A stretch of 64,000 bases of DNA from an uncultured bacterium (GTDB taxonomy: Bacteria; Krumholzibacteriota; Krumholzibacteriia; Krumholzibacteriales; Krumholzibacteriaceae). The notes under the pieces are model-generated. The model ran no database searches, was not told the origin of the DNA, and worked only from the letters and a program-made list of their open reading frames with translations. Within the stretch, counting starts at the first letter, position 1. Each line of letters starts with the position of its first letter. Of this stretch, positions 39,960 through 50,602 are shown in pieces. Made by a program: the position numbers and the translations under genes. The stretch spans positions 128,001 through 192,000 of the forward strand of contig CAWBAN010000001.1 of NCBI GenBank assembly GCA_963786935.1, read 5' to 3'.

Positions 39960-41962
39960 TTCGATCCCTTCTCGATCGCGCCGATGGGCGCGCCCTCGCC
40001 CGCGCGCGGCTTCGCCGGGCCCGGCGCCCCCGCCGCTTCATCTCTCGAGTGAACCGCGGTCGGCCCCTTCGGACCCGGATCGGTCCACGGTTCGGCCGGC
40101 ACGTCCTCGAAATCGCGTTTCTTCGCCGTGTCGCGCTCCTGCAGCCGCATCTCCGGCGGGAAGATCCGGTAGTTCCGCGGCTCGAGCGGGGCCCTCACGC
40201 GGAGGGAGGCGACGTACGCGGCGCAGAGCGCGGCGATCGGCACGAGCGTCTCCCAGAGCGGCCGGCCGAATCCCGCCGCGCCCGGATCCTTGAAATAAGC
40301 TCCGTTCCAGACGAGCGCGGCGATGGCGCCGGCGCCGAGGAGCGAGAGCGCGACGGCGTCAGCGGTCCGCTCGAAGTACAGGTGCGCCGCGCCGGGGAAC
40401 AGTATCGTCCGGCGCCGGTGCGACCGCTGCCGCGCGCCGGCGATGCGCTGCCGTCTCGATCGCAGGAGCGCTTCCATGACCTTGACGCTGTTCAGATCCT
40501 TGATGACCGCCGCGCACTCCCGGCAGAGGAGAATTCCCGCCACTTCGCTCTCGCACCGGGAGCAGGCGGCGCTGCCGCAGTTCTCGCAGCGTTCGACGTT
40601 CCACGCCTCGGGGAGCTGCCACGCGATGATGAGCGCCGCGCAGAGCGCGACGGCGAAGAGCACCCACAGCAGATGGAACGGGAAAAGCAGGTAGGGGCGA
40701 AGCATCTCGCTCATGAGGACGCCGTTTCTCGTTTTCCCTTCGGCGCGCGCGAACACCCAGAGGGCGCGCGTCTCGAATCCCGCCTCGTAGACGGGCGGAT
40801 TCCTGAGGCCGATCGTCGGGTGGGCGGCGCGGAACGCCTCGATGCCGAGGGTGTTGGCCCGCTCGAGCCAATCGCCCGACTGCGCGAACAGCATCTTCTT
40901 GATGTACGCCTGACCGATGTTGTAGTGCGCGACGGCGCTCGTCGAATCGAGCTCGACCGCGCTCTGGTATCCCGCGACCGCCTTGTCGTAATCCCCCTGC
41001 ATGAAGTAGACGTTGCCGAGGTTCACGAACGCGGGGGCGAACGATCGGTCGAGCGAGACCGATTCGAGCAGGTACGCCTGCGCGTCGGCGTAGCGTCCGC
41101 ACCGGTACATCATCGTGCCGAGGGCGAACGCGCGCTCCGGACGCAGGCGATTGTCCTCGATCGCGCGGATGCGCGCGACGCATTCCTCACTGCCGCCGCG
41201 CCGGTTGACGAGGGAGAGGCGGCTCGTGACGCTCCACGGATCGATCGCCGGCGCGAGCGCGTTCGAGCGCGGCGCGAGGTACGAAGCCGCGGAGAGCAGG
41301 ATGAGGAACGCGAGAACCGTTCCCTTCTCGCGCCTGCTCATGAAGGCCCAGAGCGCGACGACGAGGATCGCGATGTAGAGCGCGACGCCGAGCCTCATGG
41401 CGGCGAGCGAGACGACGATGACGCCGATGATCCACCGCGCCGGGGGGAACGAGCAGCGATGCTCGAACGCCTCGACGATCTTGTGGTCGATGAGCTGCCA
41501 GTACTTGACGAGCAGCGCCGCGAGCACCGCCAGCAGCGCCACGATGAGCGTCAGGATCGTGAACGCGGCCGCGTTCGCCGCGAGCATCGCCTGGGACGGA
41601 TAGCTCACGGCCAGGCGCCTGCATCCCTCGATCGCGTACGGGAGGAAGTCGGGGCTCGCCGAGAGGAGCTTGATCCGCGTGAGCGTGAAGAGCGGCGCCG
41701 CGTAATCGCCGGTGAGGTTCGCCGCGAGCTCGAGCTTTTGCTCCGCGTCGTCCTTCCTGCCGTCGCGCAGGAGCTGAAGCGCCTCGCGGTGCAGCGCCCT
41801 CGAGACCACGGGTATCGAGGGGGCTCCGGCGGCGAGCTCGCGCTCGGCGTACGCCCTGAGGTTCGAGTTGGTGATCGCGTCGAGCGATTCGGCCCCGGCG
41901 TCCGTGCAGATTGCAAGGGCGCACAGAACGGCGATGGAGAATGCTATTCTTCTATGCGACAT
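39950..41962 (-). CDS. Membrane protein with TPR repeats and Cys-rich (CxxC x3) domain
   Basis: Signal peptide, several TM segments, AFVNLGNVYF and AHYNIGQAY TPRs, CENCG..CSRC..CREC. Start 41962 preferred over 41989. Confidence 0.75.
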   Translation of the reverse strand: MSHRRIAFSIAVLCALAICTDAGAESLDAITNSNLRAYAERELAAGAPSIPVVSRALHREALQLLRDGRKDDAEQKLELAANLTGDYAAPLFTLTRIKLLSASPDFLPYAIEGCRRLAVSYPSQAMLAANAAAFTILTLIVALLAVLAALLVKYWQLIDHKIVEAFEHRCSFPPARWIIGVIVVSLAAMRLGVALYIAILVVALWAFMSRREKGTVLAFLILLSAASYLAPRSNALAPAIDPWSVTSRLSLVNRRGGSEECVARIRAIEDNRLRPERAFALGTMMYRCGRYADAQAYLLESVSLDRSFAPAFVNLGNVYFMQGDYDKAVAGYQSAVELDSTSAVAHYNIGQAYIKKMLFAQSGDWLERANTLGIEAFRAAHPTIGLRNPPVYEAGFETRALWVFARAEGKTRNGVLMSEMLRPYLLFPFHLLWVLFAVALCAALIIAWQLPEAWNVERCENCGSAACSRCESEVAGILLCRECAAVIKDLNSVKVMEALLRSRRQRIAGARQRSHRRRTILFPGAAHLYFERTADAVALSLLGAGAIAALVWNGAYFKDPGAAGFGRPLWETLVPIAALCAAYVASLRVRAPLEPRNYRIFPPEMRLQERDTAKKRDFEDVPAEPWTDPGPKGPTAVHSRDEAAGAPGPAKPRAGEGAPIGAIEKGSKWH

Positions 41963-42050
41963 AACCTTTTGTCCGGTCGCCAGTTTCATCGATTATCGAG
42001 AGGCCGCGAGCCCTGCTCGTGCCGCCCCTTCACTCTTTGGAGCAAACATC

Positions 42051-42066
42051 GGCAAAAACCGTGCCG
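42051..42066 (-). promoter_or_regulatory. Putative sigma54 (-24/-12) promoter for the TPR-DUF4388 operon
   Basis: Minus strand reads CGGCACGGTTTTTGCC, matching YGGCACG-N4-TTGC with GG-N10-GC spacing. Confidence 0.6.
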
Positions 42067-42161
42067 CGCGCGGCACGCCTCGCGCTCCCAATTTCCGATT
42101 TACAAGGACCTTGCGAGGTGTTACATAAGGATTGTCAACAGGCTCGAGAAGGGAGCGCTCC

Positions 42162-43457
42162 ATGCAGGCAGCCGAAATCGCAACTATCGGAACGCACGTA
42201 GGCCGCGAGGTCCAGCTCAAGGGCTGGGTCTACAACCTCCGGTCCAGCGGCAAGATCCACTTTCTCCTCGTCCGCGACGGCACGGGCGTGATCCAGTGCG
42301 TCGTCGAGAAATCGTCGGCGGGGGAGGAGCTCTTCGCGAAGGCGGGCTCGCTCACGCAGGAATCGTCGATCGAGGTGCGCGGCGTCGTCCGCGAGGACAA
42401 GCGCGCTCCCGGCGGCTACGAGATGAGCGCGACCGGGCTGTCCGTGATCCAGCTCGCCGAGCCCTATCCGATCACGCCGAAGGAGCACGGGACCGATTTC
42501 CTCATGGACAACCGGCACCTGTGGCTGCGGAGCCAGCGGCAGCACGCGATCATGACCATCAGGGCGGGGCTCGTCCGCTTCATCCGCGATTTCTTCGACA
42601 ACCGCGGCTTCGTCAACATGGATACGCCGGTGTTCACGCCGAACGCGTGCGAGGGGACGACGACGCTCTTCGAAACGGAGTATTTCGGCGACACGGCCTA
42701 CCTCACGCAGAGCGGGCAGCTCTACAACGAGGCGACGGCGGCGGCGTTCCGCAAGGTCTACTGCTTCGGGCCGACCTTCCGCGCCGAAAAATCGAAGACG
42801 CGCCGGCACCTCATCGAGTTCTGGATGGTGGAGCCGGAGGTCGCCTTCGCCGGGCTCGACGACATCATCCAGCTCGCCGAGGACTTCATCGTGGAGATCG
42901 TGGGCCGCTCCCTCGAGCGGTACCGGCCGCTCCTCACCGGCGTTCTCGAGCGCGACGTGACGAAGCTCGAGAAGGTGCAGCCGCCGTTCCCGCGGCTCTC
43001 GTACGATGACGCGGCCGCGCTGCTCGTGAAGAAGGGGGCCGCGTTCGAGTGGGGGACCGATTTCGGCGGCACGGACGAGACGATGATCTCGGAGGGCTAC
43101 GACCGTCCCGTTTTCGTGCACCGGTTCCCCGCGGCGATCAAGGCGTTCTACATGCAGCCCGATCCCGCCGACGCCCGGCTGAGCCTCTCGGTCGATCTCC
43201 TCGCCTCCGAAGGGTACGGCGAGGTCATCGGCGGCGGGGAGCGCATCTCCGATCTCGCGCTCCTCGAGAAACGGATCGCCGAGCACGGCCTTCCGAAGAA
43301 GGCCTTCGAATGGTATCTCGACCTGCGGCGGTACGGGTCCTTCCCCCACGCGGGCTTCGGTCTCGGCGTCGAACGGACCCTTTCCTATATATGCGGGCTC
43401 CAGCACGTGCGCGAGACGATACCGTTCCCGCGGCTCCTCAACCGGCTGACGCCGTGA
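42162..43457 (+). CDS. asnS: Asparagine--tRNA ligase
   Basis: [57 protein letters not shown] motifs. Confidence 0.95.
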   Translation: MQAAEIATIGTHVGREVQLKGWVYNLRSSGKIHFLLVRDGTGVIQCVVEKSSAGEELFAKAGSLTQESSIEVRGVVREDKRAPGGYEMSATGLSVIQLAEPYPITPKEHGTDFLMDNRHLWLRSQRQHAIMTIRAGLVRFIRDFFDNRGFVNMDTPVFTPNACEGTTTLFETEYFGDTAYLTQSGQLYNEATAAAFRKVYCFGPTFRAEKSKTRRHLIEFWMVEPEVAFAGLDDIIQLAEDFIVEIVGRSLERYRPLLTGVLERDVTKLEKVQPPFPRLSYDDAAALLVKKGAAFEWGTDFGGTDETMISEGYDRPVFVHRFPAAIKAFYMQPDPADARLSLSVDLLASEGYGEVIGGGERISDLALLEKRIAEHGLPKKAFEWYLDLRRYGSFPHAGFGLGVERTLSYICGLQHVRETIPFPRLLNRLTP

Positions 43458-43505
43458 GGGGCGCTCCCCGGCGCGCGCGGGGGCGATTTCGGGAAGACGC
43501 AAGAA

Positions 43506-43534
43506 TTGACTATACAGGGAAGCGCGACTATACT
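43506..43534 (+). promoter_or_regulatory. Putative sigma70 promoter
   Basis: TTGACT-17 bp-TATACT. Confidence 0.7.
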
Positions 43535-43626
43535 ATTTTTGGGTGAGAGTGGCGGCCGCGGAAGGAGGTTTTCCGCGGACGTCCGACGAGCGACATGACG
43601 GTTCTTCAATCGAGGAGGTACGAAGG

Positions 43627-44202
43627 ATGAAGAGAATGGTAATGGTAGCTTTCGCGCTCCTGCTGCTCGCGGGCTCGGGCTTCGCGCAGCCGTTCCCGGG
43701 GCTTCCCGATACGGCGTACGTGGGTATCTTCAACGACGCGGCCCACACGACGCATCAGGTGAACTACACCGGCGCTCCAGCACCGTTCCAGTACTACATT
43801 TTCTTCCTGCCGAACAAGATGGGCTTCCAAGCTGCCGAGTTCACGCTGAAGCTTCCGGCCAACGTCGTCTCGGTGACGACCCTCGCAAAGGATGCCGCGA
43901 TCACGGTCGAGCTCGGCACGCTCACAGGCGGAATCAGCATCGCCCTTCAGGAAGGGGTGTGCAGAACGGACTGGTTCTACGCCTACAGGCTGCAGAGTCT
44001 TCTGATGAGCAACGTACAGAGCCAGATCACGGTGGAAGATCGTGGCGACGTGAACGGCGTGTGGACCCCATATCAGGTCGCAAGCTGCGAGCCGGGCTAC
44101 CCGATCTACCCGGTGAAACGTTACTGCCACCTCTCCCTGAACTATGACGGCGGCGTCGGCGTCGAGAACACGAGCTGGGGCGCGATCAAGAGCCTCTTCT
44201 AA
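43627..44202 (+). CDS. Secreted hypothetical protein with C-terminal SWGAIKSLF motif
   Basis: GAGGAGG SD; signal peptide MKRMVMVAFALLLLAGSGFA|Q; beta-rich body; ends GVGVENTSWGAIKSLF. Confidence 0.85.
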   Translation: MKRMVMVAFALLLLAGSGFAQPFPGLPDTAYVGIFNDAAHTTHQVNYTGAPAPFQYYIFFLPNKMGFQAAEFTLKLPANVVSVTTLAKDAAITVELGTLTGGISIALQEGVCRTDWFYAYRLQSLLMSNVQSQITVEDRGDVNGVWTPYQVASCEPGYPIYPVKRYCHLSLNYDGGVGVENTSWGAIKSLF

Positions 44203-44227
44203 AGAGGCGGCGGAAAGTCATCTGCGA

Positions 44228-44261
44228 GGGGCCGGTCCGAACGGATCGGCCCCCTTTTTTT
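44228..44261 (+). terminator. Intrinsic terminator
   Basis: GGGGCCGGTCCG-aa-CGGATCGGCCCC followed by a T7 run. Confidence 0.85.
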
Positions 44262-44315
44262 GTCATGATTCATTGACGGAATCCCGATCCTTCCCGCGAC
44301 CCTGCCAATTCCGTC

Positions 44316-44345
44316 TTGACACAAGTGCCTCCCATGATTTACAAT
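44316..44345 (+). promoter_or_regulatory. Putative sigma70 promoter with ~265-nt leader
   Basis: TTGACA-18 bp-TACAAT. Confidence 0.65.
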
Positions 44346-44614
44346 GATCGCCACTTGCATCTCTAGGGGCACCGTATATAGGACGTGACATCGCGGAGGG
44401 GAACAATCGGAAAGCTTTAGCTTGTTGGGGCTTTTCCTGAGCGGCTCGGGGTCTATCCACATCTGCTGAACAACAAAAGCCGACGACACTTCCCCGCCCT
44501 CTATCTGAAAGGAGGGATGCGGATGAGCGATCGACTCGCCTGAATGTTCGAGGGCGAGGCATGGCCATTTCTATCCCGGTCTCTCTTCGGTCTTTGCATC
44601 ATTTGGAGGGGGCT

Positions 44615-47600
44615 ATGAGAAATTTTGCATCATTCTTGTTGATCGCGGCCCTAGGTCTGCTATGGGCTTCGGCCTTGCCGGCTACGGACCGCTACGTCCC
44701 GGTGCCTTATGCCACGATTCAGGCCGCCATCGCCGCGGCCGATCCGAACGACGTCATCGTCGTGGCGGCGGGGACGCAAATCGAAGACAATATTCTCATC
44801 AATAAGCCGCTCACGATCCAAGGAGGTGGAATCGGGGTAAGCTTCATTGACGCATCGGCATCGATCGCGACGGGAAATGTCGTGAAAATCGACATAACCT
44901 CGGGGGACGTTTTGTTCGATGGTTTTACCATCAAGACCGGCAAGAACCTCAATGGCATCTATGCCAGGTCGGCTTCCTCCGGGTCGACGATCACGATCTC
45001 GCATAACCGTATCGAAGGCTTGACCCTGGGTCATACTCACACTCCTTCGGATCCATTGGACAACTTCGGTCTCATCGCGGGCTACGGCAGCCTCGCATCG
45101 CTCGTTTTCACGTACAACGAGATCGCCGGGTGCGACGCCAACTCCATTCTCCTGGAGCGCCATGTCGGGCCGACCGATGTGAGCTACAACACATTCGACC
45201 GGAATCCGAGGGACACGTCGAGCGACGCCTATTTCAATATGAACTACGGCGGCGCCGATATAACCAGTCTGCAGAAGGTGTCCCACAACACGATCGACAT
45301 GGGAGCGGGGACGACGTTCACGAACGATACCCGCGGAACCGGGATAACCTTCACGAGCTCGTATACCGGTGTGGCGGGGGGATACACGAACATCGAGATC
45401 ACCGACAATACGATCGTCAACCTCAAGCCGTACCGCCGCGGCATCGGGTTCTGGAACAACGCCCCGGCGGGGACGGTCAGCGGCGCGGTCGGCGACATCA
45501 ACGCCCCCGTCGTTTCCGGCAATACCGTCTCGAACGCCTTGGGCTACACCGGGCAGTTCGGTATCCGGCTCCTCGGGCTCGTGACCAACGCGACCGTGAC
45601 GAACAACGACTGCGATGGCGTCGAATATGGTTTCCGGGGGCAGGCTTACAACGGTAACCTTCCCGTCGGGGCCGTGGTGAACGGCAACAGCTTCACCAAC
45701 GTCACGTACTACTCCGACTGGGGCGGCACCGGAACGCTCGATGCCTCCGCCAACTGGTGGGGCTCGAACGTCGCCGCCACTGTTGCGACCAAGGTCAGCG
45801 GCACGGTCGACTACACGCCCTGGCTCGACAAGGCGGACGACACGAGCGGCGACCCTGGATTCCAGGGCGACTTCTCGGCTCTGCGCGTCGGCGCGGCAAG
45901 CCCTCAGGCCGGCTCGAAGGGCCGTGTGCAGGAAGGCGTCGACCTCGTCACGGGAAGCACCGTGTATCTTGGTCCGGGCACTTACGAGGAGCAGGTCGAG
46001 ATTGCGAAGACACTGACCCTCGACGGCGGCGGAGGAGGCGGCGCGATCATCAAGTCGCCGGTGAACCTTACCAAGTCGTTCTTGACACCCTCCGTGAACA
46101 AACCGGTCATCTATATTCATGACGCTGAAGGCGTCGTCGTAAAAGGCCTCACGGTGGATGGCGCGGGACGCGGAAACCTGAATGTCCGGTTCCAGGGCAT
46201 CGCCTTCTGGAACGCCGGCGGGACGGTCGATCACTGCGTCGTCAAGGACATCAAGGACACGCCGTTCAGCGGCGCGCAGCACGGCGTGGGGATCTATTCT
46301 TACAGCACGGGTACCGCTTCGCACGTTGTCAACGTATGGGATTGCGAAGTGTACGGATTCCAGAAGAACGCCATGGCCCTGAACGCAGGCGACACGAACC
46401 CGTTCACGGCGGATGTTCGCAGGAACATCGTGACCGGCGCGGGAGCGACGGGCGTGACGGCACAGAACGGCATCCAGGTGTGGGCACGGATGGGTGGCGG
46501 CACGGTCGCGGGCAACACGATCTCCGGGATCGGCTACTCGGGCACCGGGTGGGTGGCGACGAGCCTCCTGCAGTTCTACGGCGACGTGGACTTCATCGGC
46601 AACACGGTGACGAACGGCCAGCTCGGCATCTACAACAACTACGGTTCGGGGGACATCACCGACAACATGATCACCGTATCGCTGATCGGAAGCTACGCGG
46701 ACGGAATCATCGCTTCGGATCCGGTGAACAAGACGGCCTCCCCGTTCGGCGAGGAATCGTCGGCCGGCGCTCCCGGCACCCGCATGGCGATGGGCGGCAC
46801 CCCCCTCGATGTGAACGTGACCGGCAACACGGTGGCGTTCAGCGGGCCGACGAATACCGGATCATACGGTATCGAGGCCTACGCGGGATATAGCGCGGAG
46901 GATCTCGACGTCGCGATCAACGGCAACGACGTCGCGGGATTCGAGTACGGCATCGTCGTATCCAAGTGCACGTCCGGTTGCGATACGGGCGTATTCACGA
47001 GCCTCGTCGCGCAGTACAACAGCATTACGGGCAATACGGGCTACGGGATGTACTCCGACGTGGACTATCTCGCGACCGACGCCCGGTACAACTGGTGGGG
47101 CGCGGCGTCGGGTCCGTTCCATACGACGCTCAATCCCTCGGGAACCGGGAACCAGGTTTCCGACTACATCCTCTTCGAGCCGTACTTCGGTGCGCCCAAC
47201 GAGGTCGGCGTCGTGCCGCAGTACACACTCACCAACTGTGCGACTCCCAAGACCGTGACCGTCCGCCTCGATCAGGTGGGAATTCCCACCGACGAGGTGC
47301 GCGGCTACGAGATCAAGTTCACGGTGAATGCGGCCGTGGCGACGGCCGGGAGCTTCGTCGAAGGATCCTTCCTCAGCTCGGCGGGTTCGACGACGTTTTA
47401 CGCCCAGAATAACGGGGGCGGCGCCTACACGGTGAGCTGCGCGATCCTCGGCGGCACGGTCGGCGGAAAGAACGGCGGCGATCTCTTCAGCATGACGCTC
47501 ACGCCGGTCGGAGAGGGAACGAGCGCCATCGCCTTCACGGGCATCAAGATCCGCGATCTGAATAACGTTCAGCTCGCGGGAGCAGGCACGGCCGGCTCGA

Positions 47601-49213
47601 TCCGGGTCGACTGCTCGTATCCGACGATGGAAGACATCGTCGAGGCGCAGAACGGCTGGTACAACACGGCGCCGACGTTCTCGAACTTCGGCTTCGATGA
47701 CGACGTGAATCTCGACCTCGCCGAATACAAGATCGATGGCGGCGGCTGGGCCGTGCTATTCACCGGCATCGACAATGTCGAGTGGAACAGCGACGGCTGG
47801 GCGCTCCCCGGCTTCGCCGGTCTGGGCGACGGTTCGCATACCGTCTACTTCCGCGTGAAGGACGACGCGGGCAACTGGAACGGCGAGGGCACATCGCCGC
47901 AGCCGAACCTGTACAGCTGGCAGTTCAACAAGGATATGGCGGCTCCGGCGGCTCCGACGAACTTCGTCGCACTGCCGGGTCACAACAAGGTGCACCTGAC
48001 CTGGACGAACCCGACAGGAGACGCGACCTTCGAGGGTGTCGAGATCAGGGTCGTGGCGTGGGGCGACTATCCCCATTACGCCACACCGGCTCCTTCGTAC
48101 CCGGCCAATTTCGGTGCGGGTCTCCATGTAGCCTTCGCGACCGCGCCGGCTCAAGCGTACGACGATGCTCCGAGAGCGCCGCGCGACATCTATTACTACG
48201 CGGCGTTTTCGAAGGACTTCGCGGGGAACTACTCGTCGACGATCTTGGGCGCTTCGGACCGTTCGACGAGCTACTGGCTGGGTGACGTGACATCCAATGG
48301 CCTTATCGATGTCAATGACCTCGTTCCCTTCTCGGCCACGTTCGGGCTGAGCGAAGGTCATATCAACTTTAACAGCCTGTGCGACTTCGGCCCGACGGAC
48401 GACTGGTCGCGTTTGGGCATTCCGTTGCCCAGCAACACGATCGACTTCGAGGACCTCATGATCTTCTCGATGAACTGGGGCAACGTGACACCCTCCGGCG
48501 TCAGTCCCCCGTTGGCTTCGGGAAAACCGGTCGAGGAGCTCGGAGATCTCGTGGAATTCGAGATCGTTCCGGCCGGCGAGAACGAGGTCTCGATCGTTCT
48601 CAAGAACAAGGCGTCAACCCTGAAGGGCGTACACCTCGTCGTGGACATTTCCGACGGCGAGCTCGTCGCAGTCGAGCGGGGCTCCGTGTTCGGAAGCGTT
48701 CCTCATCTCTTCTTCGGCACGATCCCGTCAACGTCCGGCGACGCCGACATTTGCATGTCGGCCCTCGGCGTTGAAGTGCCGCTCAAGGCCTCGGGCGAGA
48801 TCGCGCGCCTCGTCCTCAAACCGTCGGGCGAGAGCGCGGCGACGGTTCGCATCAAGGCGATCGATCTCAGAAATCTCGACAACGAGAAGGTCGATGTTGT
48901 CGTGAGCGATGAGGTCGAAGCGCCCTTCGTTCCGACGGCGACCGCCCTCATGCAGAACTTCCCGAACCCGTTCAATCCGTCGACGACGATCACCTTCGAC
49001 GTGGCGAAGGCGGGGAACGTGACGATCCAGGTATACGATGTATCGGGACGTCTCGTTGTGGCCCTGCTCAACGCTCACCAGGAGGTCGGGCGTCACCGGG
49101 TCGAGTGGAACGGCAAGAACGCTAACGGGTCGCTCATGCCGAGCGGCATCTATTTCTACCGGATGAGAGCCGCCGGCTACGAAGTGACCAAGAAGATGAT
49201 ACTCGTACGGTAA
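44615..49213 (+). CDS. Large secreted protein: two parallel beta-helix modules, cohesin-like, Ig/FN3-like, dockerin-like, cohesin-like, FlgD/T9SS-type CTD
   Basis: Signal peptide; YATIQAAI and GPGTYEEQV beta-helix starts; NWWG caps; GDVTSNGLIDVNDL..IDFEDL paired Ca-loop; QNFPNPFNP..SGIYFYRM..KKMILVR tail. Confidence 0.8.
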   Translation: MRNFASFLLIAALGLLWASALPATDRYVPVPYATIQAAIAAADPNDVIVVAAGTQIEDNILINKPLTIQGGGIGVSFIDASASIATGNVVKIDITSGDVLFDGFTIKTGKNLNGIYARSASSGSTITISHNRIEGLTLGHTHTPSDPLDNFGLIAGYGSLASLVFTYNEIAGCDANSILLERHVGPTDVSYNTFDRNPRDTSSDAYFNMNYGGADITSLQKVSHNTIDMGAGTTFTNDTRGTGITFTSSYTGVAGGYTNIEITDNTIVNLKPYRRGIGFWNNAPAGTVSGAVGDINAPVVSGNTVSNALGYTGQFGIRLLGLVTNATVTNNDCDGVEYGFRGQAYNGNLPVGAVVNGNSFTNVTYYSDWGGTGTLDASANWWGSNVAATVATKVSGTVDYTPWLDKADDTSGDPGFQGDFSALRVGAASPQAGSKGRVQEGVDLVTGSTVYLGPGTYEEQVEIAKTLTLDGGGGGGAIIKSPVNLTKSFLTPSVNKPVIYIHDAEGVVVKGLTVDGAGRGNLNVRFQGIAFWNAGGTVDHCVVKDIKDTPFSGAQHGVGIYSYSTGTASHVVNVWDCEVYGFQKNAMALNAGDTNPFTADVRRNIVTGAGATGVTAQNGIQVWARMGGGTVAGNTISGIGYSGTGWVATSLLQFYGDVDFIGNTVTNGQLGIYNNYGSGDITDNMITVSLIGSYADGIIASDPVNKTASPFGEESSAGAPGTRMAMGGTPLDVNVTGNTVAFSGPTNTGSYGIEAYAGYSAEDLDVAINGNDVAGFEYGIVVSKCTSGCDTGVFTSLVAQYNSITGNTGYGMYSDVDYLATDARYNWWGAASGPFHTTLNPSGTGNQVSDYILFEPYFGAPNEVGVVPQYTLTNCATPKTVTVRLDQVGIPTDEVRGYEIKFTVNAAVATAGSFVEGSFLSSAGSTTFYAQNNGGGAYTVSCAILGGTVGGKNGGDLFSMTLTPVGEGTSAIAFTGIKIRDLNNVQLAGAGTAGSIRVDCSYPTMEDIVEAQNGWYNTAPTFSNFGFDDDVNLDLAEYKIDGGGWAVLFTGIDNVEWNSDGWALPGFAGLGDGSHTVYFRVKDDAGNWNGEGTSPQPNLYSWQFNKDMAAPAAPTNFVALPGHNKVHLTWTNPTGDATFEGVEIRVVAWGDYPHYATPAPSYPANFGAGLHVAFATAPAQAYDDAPRAPRDIYYYAAFSKDFAGNYSSTILGASDRSTSYWLGDVTSNGLIDVNDLVPFSATFGLSEGHINFNSLCDFGPTDDWSRLGIPLPSNTIDFEDLMIFSMNWGNVTPSGVSPPLASGKPVEELGDLVEFEIVPAGENEVSIVLKNKASTLKGVHLVVDISDGELVAVERGSVFGSVPHLFFGTIPSTSGDADICMSALGVEVPLKASGEIARLVLKPSGESAATVRIKAIDLRNLDNEKVDVVVSDEVEAPFVPTATALMQNFPNPFNPSTTITFDVAKAGNVTIQVYDVSGRLVVALLNAHQEVGRHRVEWNGKNANGSLMPSGIYFYRMRAAGYEVTKKMILVR

Positions 49214-49228
49214 TTTGAGGAGATGGGA

Positions 49229-49257
49229 TGCGGGAGGCGCGATTCGCGCCTCCCGCA
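49229..49257 (+). promoter_or_regulatory. Intercistronic 13-bp GC stem-loop without U tract (copy 1)
   Basis: TGCGGGAGGCGCG-att-CGCGCCTCCCGCA. Confidence 0.75.
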
Positions 49258-49289
49258 GTCCCTGGGCGGTGCCGAAGGAAAGGAGAGAA

Positions 49290-50561
49290 ATGAGGCACAT
49301 CGAAAATTCCACCTCTCGTGCGGTTCGCGTGGGCTCCTTGCTTGTCCTCTGTTTCGGGTGCCTCATTCTGCTCGGAATTGAGGCGAGCGCGAATCCGCTT
49401 GCTCCCGGTGATCCGCTGGTGAGCTTCGAAACGCTCAGGACGCATATGGTTCCCGGCGATCTCTGCACGTTGTCGGTCGTCGTCGACGATGCGGTCGATT
49501 CGCTGAGCTGTATGGACATTTTCATCGCGTTCGACACCTCGCTCGTCGAATGCACGAACGTGTTGGAGGGTGCGCTTTATCAACAGGTGGGCTACCCGTC
49601 CTTTTTCCGGTGGACGCACGTGACGGCCGATACGGTGGACGCCGTCGACTGTTTTCTCGGATATCGAAGCTACTTCATCACTCCGGGAGAGCTCGTGAGC
49701 TTCGTTTTCAGGGCGAAGAAGGTCGGGATCTCCCGCGTCTGTCTTACGCAGGTGCGGCTCTGGGATATCGATCGTGTCGAGCTTTCTCCGGTTACGGGTG
49801 AATGCGCCGTAATCACCAGCAGCACGCCGGTGGTCAGCTTCGAGCCGCTCAGGATGTTGGCCGCTCCGGGCGAACTCTGCACGCTGCAGGTCGTCGTTGA
49901 AGATCCCGTCGATTCGCTCAGCTGTATGGATATCGCCGTTACGTTCGACACCTCGCTCGTCGAATGCACGGGCGCGTTGGAAGGCGCGCTTTACCAGGGC
50001 GTTTCCTCCCCGACCTTCTTTCGGTGGAAGCACGTGTCACCCGATACCGTAGACGCGGTCGACTGCGTCCTCGGCTATCGGAGCTATTTTCTCGCACCCG
50101 GGGAGCTGATGAGCTTCGTTTTCAAAGCGAAGCAGGTCGGAGTCTGTCATGTCTGTTTCTCGGAGGTGCGGCTCTGGGACATCGATCGGTTCGAGCTTTC
50201 TCCGGTCAGGGGTCCATGCGCCGAAATAGACATCAGCGCGCCGACGGGGAATGATCCCGGCATACCCCGGACGAGCTATCTGAACAATTATCCGAATCCG
50301 TTCAATCCATCGACGCGGCTGGTGCTTTTTCTCGCTCCTCCTTCAGACGGGATTACGGCTTCGGCGGCGACGGTGACGATCTACGCGCCCGACGGCAACA
50401 GGATCAGGTCGCTGTACGACGGCACGATGCCGGCGGGAAGAAACGAGCTCTTCTGGGATGGGAGAAACGACCGCGGAAGCTCGGTCGCGGCGGGGGTCTA
50501 CTTCGCCGTCGCGGAAACGAAATGGGACACATTCGTGCGAAAACTGATTCTTGTTCGATAG
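49290..50561 (+). CDS. Secreted protein with two tandem cohesin-like domains and FlgD/T9SS-type CTD
   Basis: Internal repeat PG.LCTL.VVV.D.VDSLSCMDI...FDTSLVEC...EGALY...DC.LG...PGEL.SFVF.AK..G...VRLWDIDR (x2); NYPNPFNP..AAGVYF tail. Confidence 0.78.
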   Translation: MRHIENSTSRAVRVGSLLVLCFGCLILLGIEASANPLAPGDPLVSFETLRTHMVPGDLCTLSVVVDDAVDSLSCMDIFIAFDTSLVECTNVLEGALYQQVGYPSFFRWTHVTADTVDAVDCFLGYRSYFITPGELVSFVFRAKKVGISRVCLTQVRLWDIDRVELSPVTGECAVITSSTPVVSFEPLRMLAAPGELCTLQVVVEDPVDSLSCMDIAVTFDTSLVECTGALEGALYQGVSSPTFFRWKHVSPDTVDAVDCVLGYRSYFLAPGELMSFVFKAKQVGVCHVCFSEVRLWDIDRFELSPVRGPCAEIDISAPTGNDPGIPRTSYLNNYPNPFNPSTRLVLFLAPPSDGITASAATVTIYAPDGNRIRSLYDGTMPAGRNELFWDGRNDRGSSVAAGVYFAVAETKWDTFVRKLILVR

Positions 50562-50602
50562 GCACCGGAAGGGGATAGCGCGCGCTGACGGCAGAATCAA
50601 TC

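Noticed and set aside
44615..47200. Specific pectate lyase or pectin methylesterase assignment
   Set aside because: A beta-helix fold is supported, but no family-specific catalytic motif could be identified by eye.
49229..49257. Intrinsic terminator after the giant genes
   Set aside because: Strong stem but no U tract, and a co-oriented gene follows within about 30 bp; treated as a processing or stability hairpin instead.
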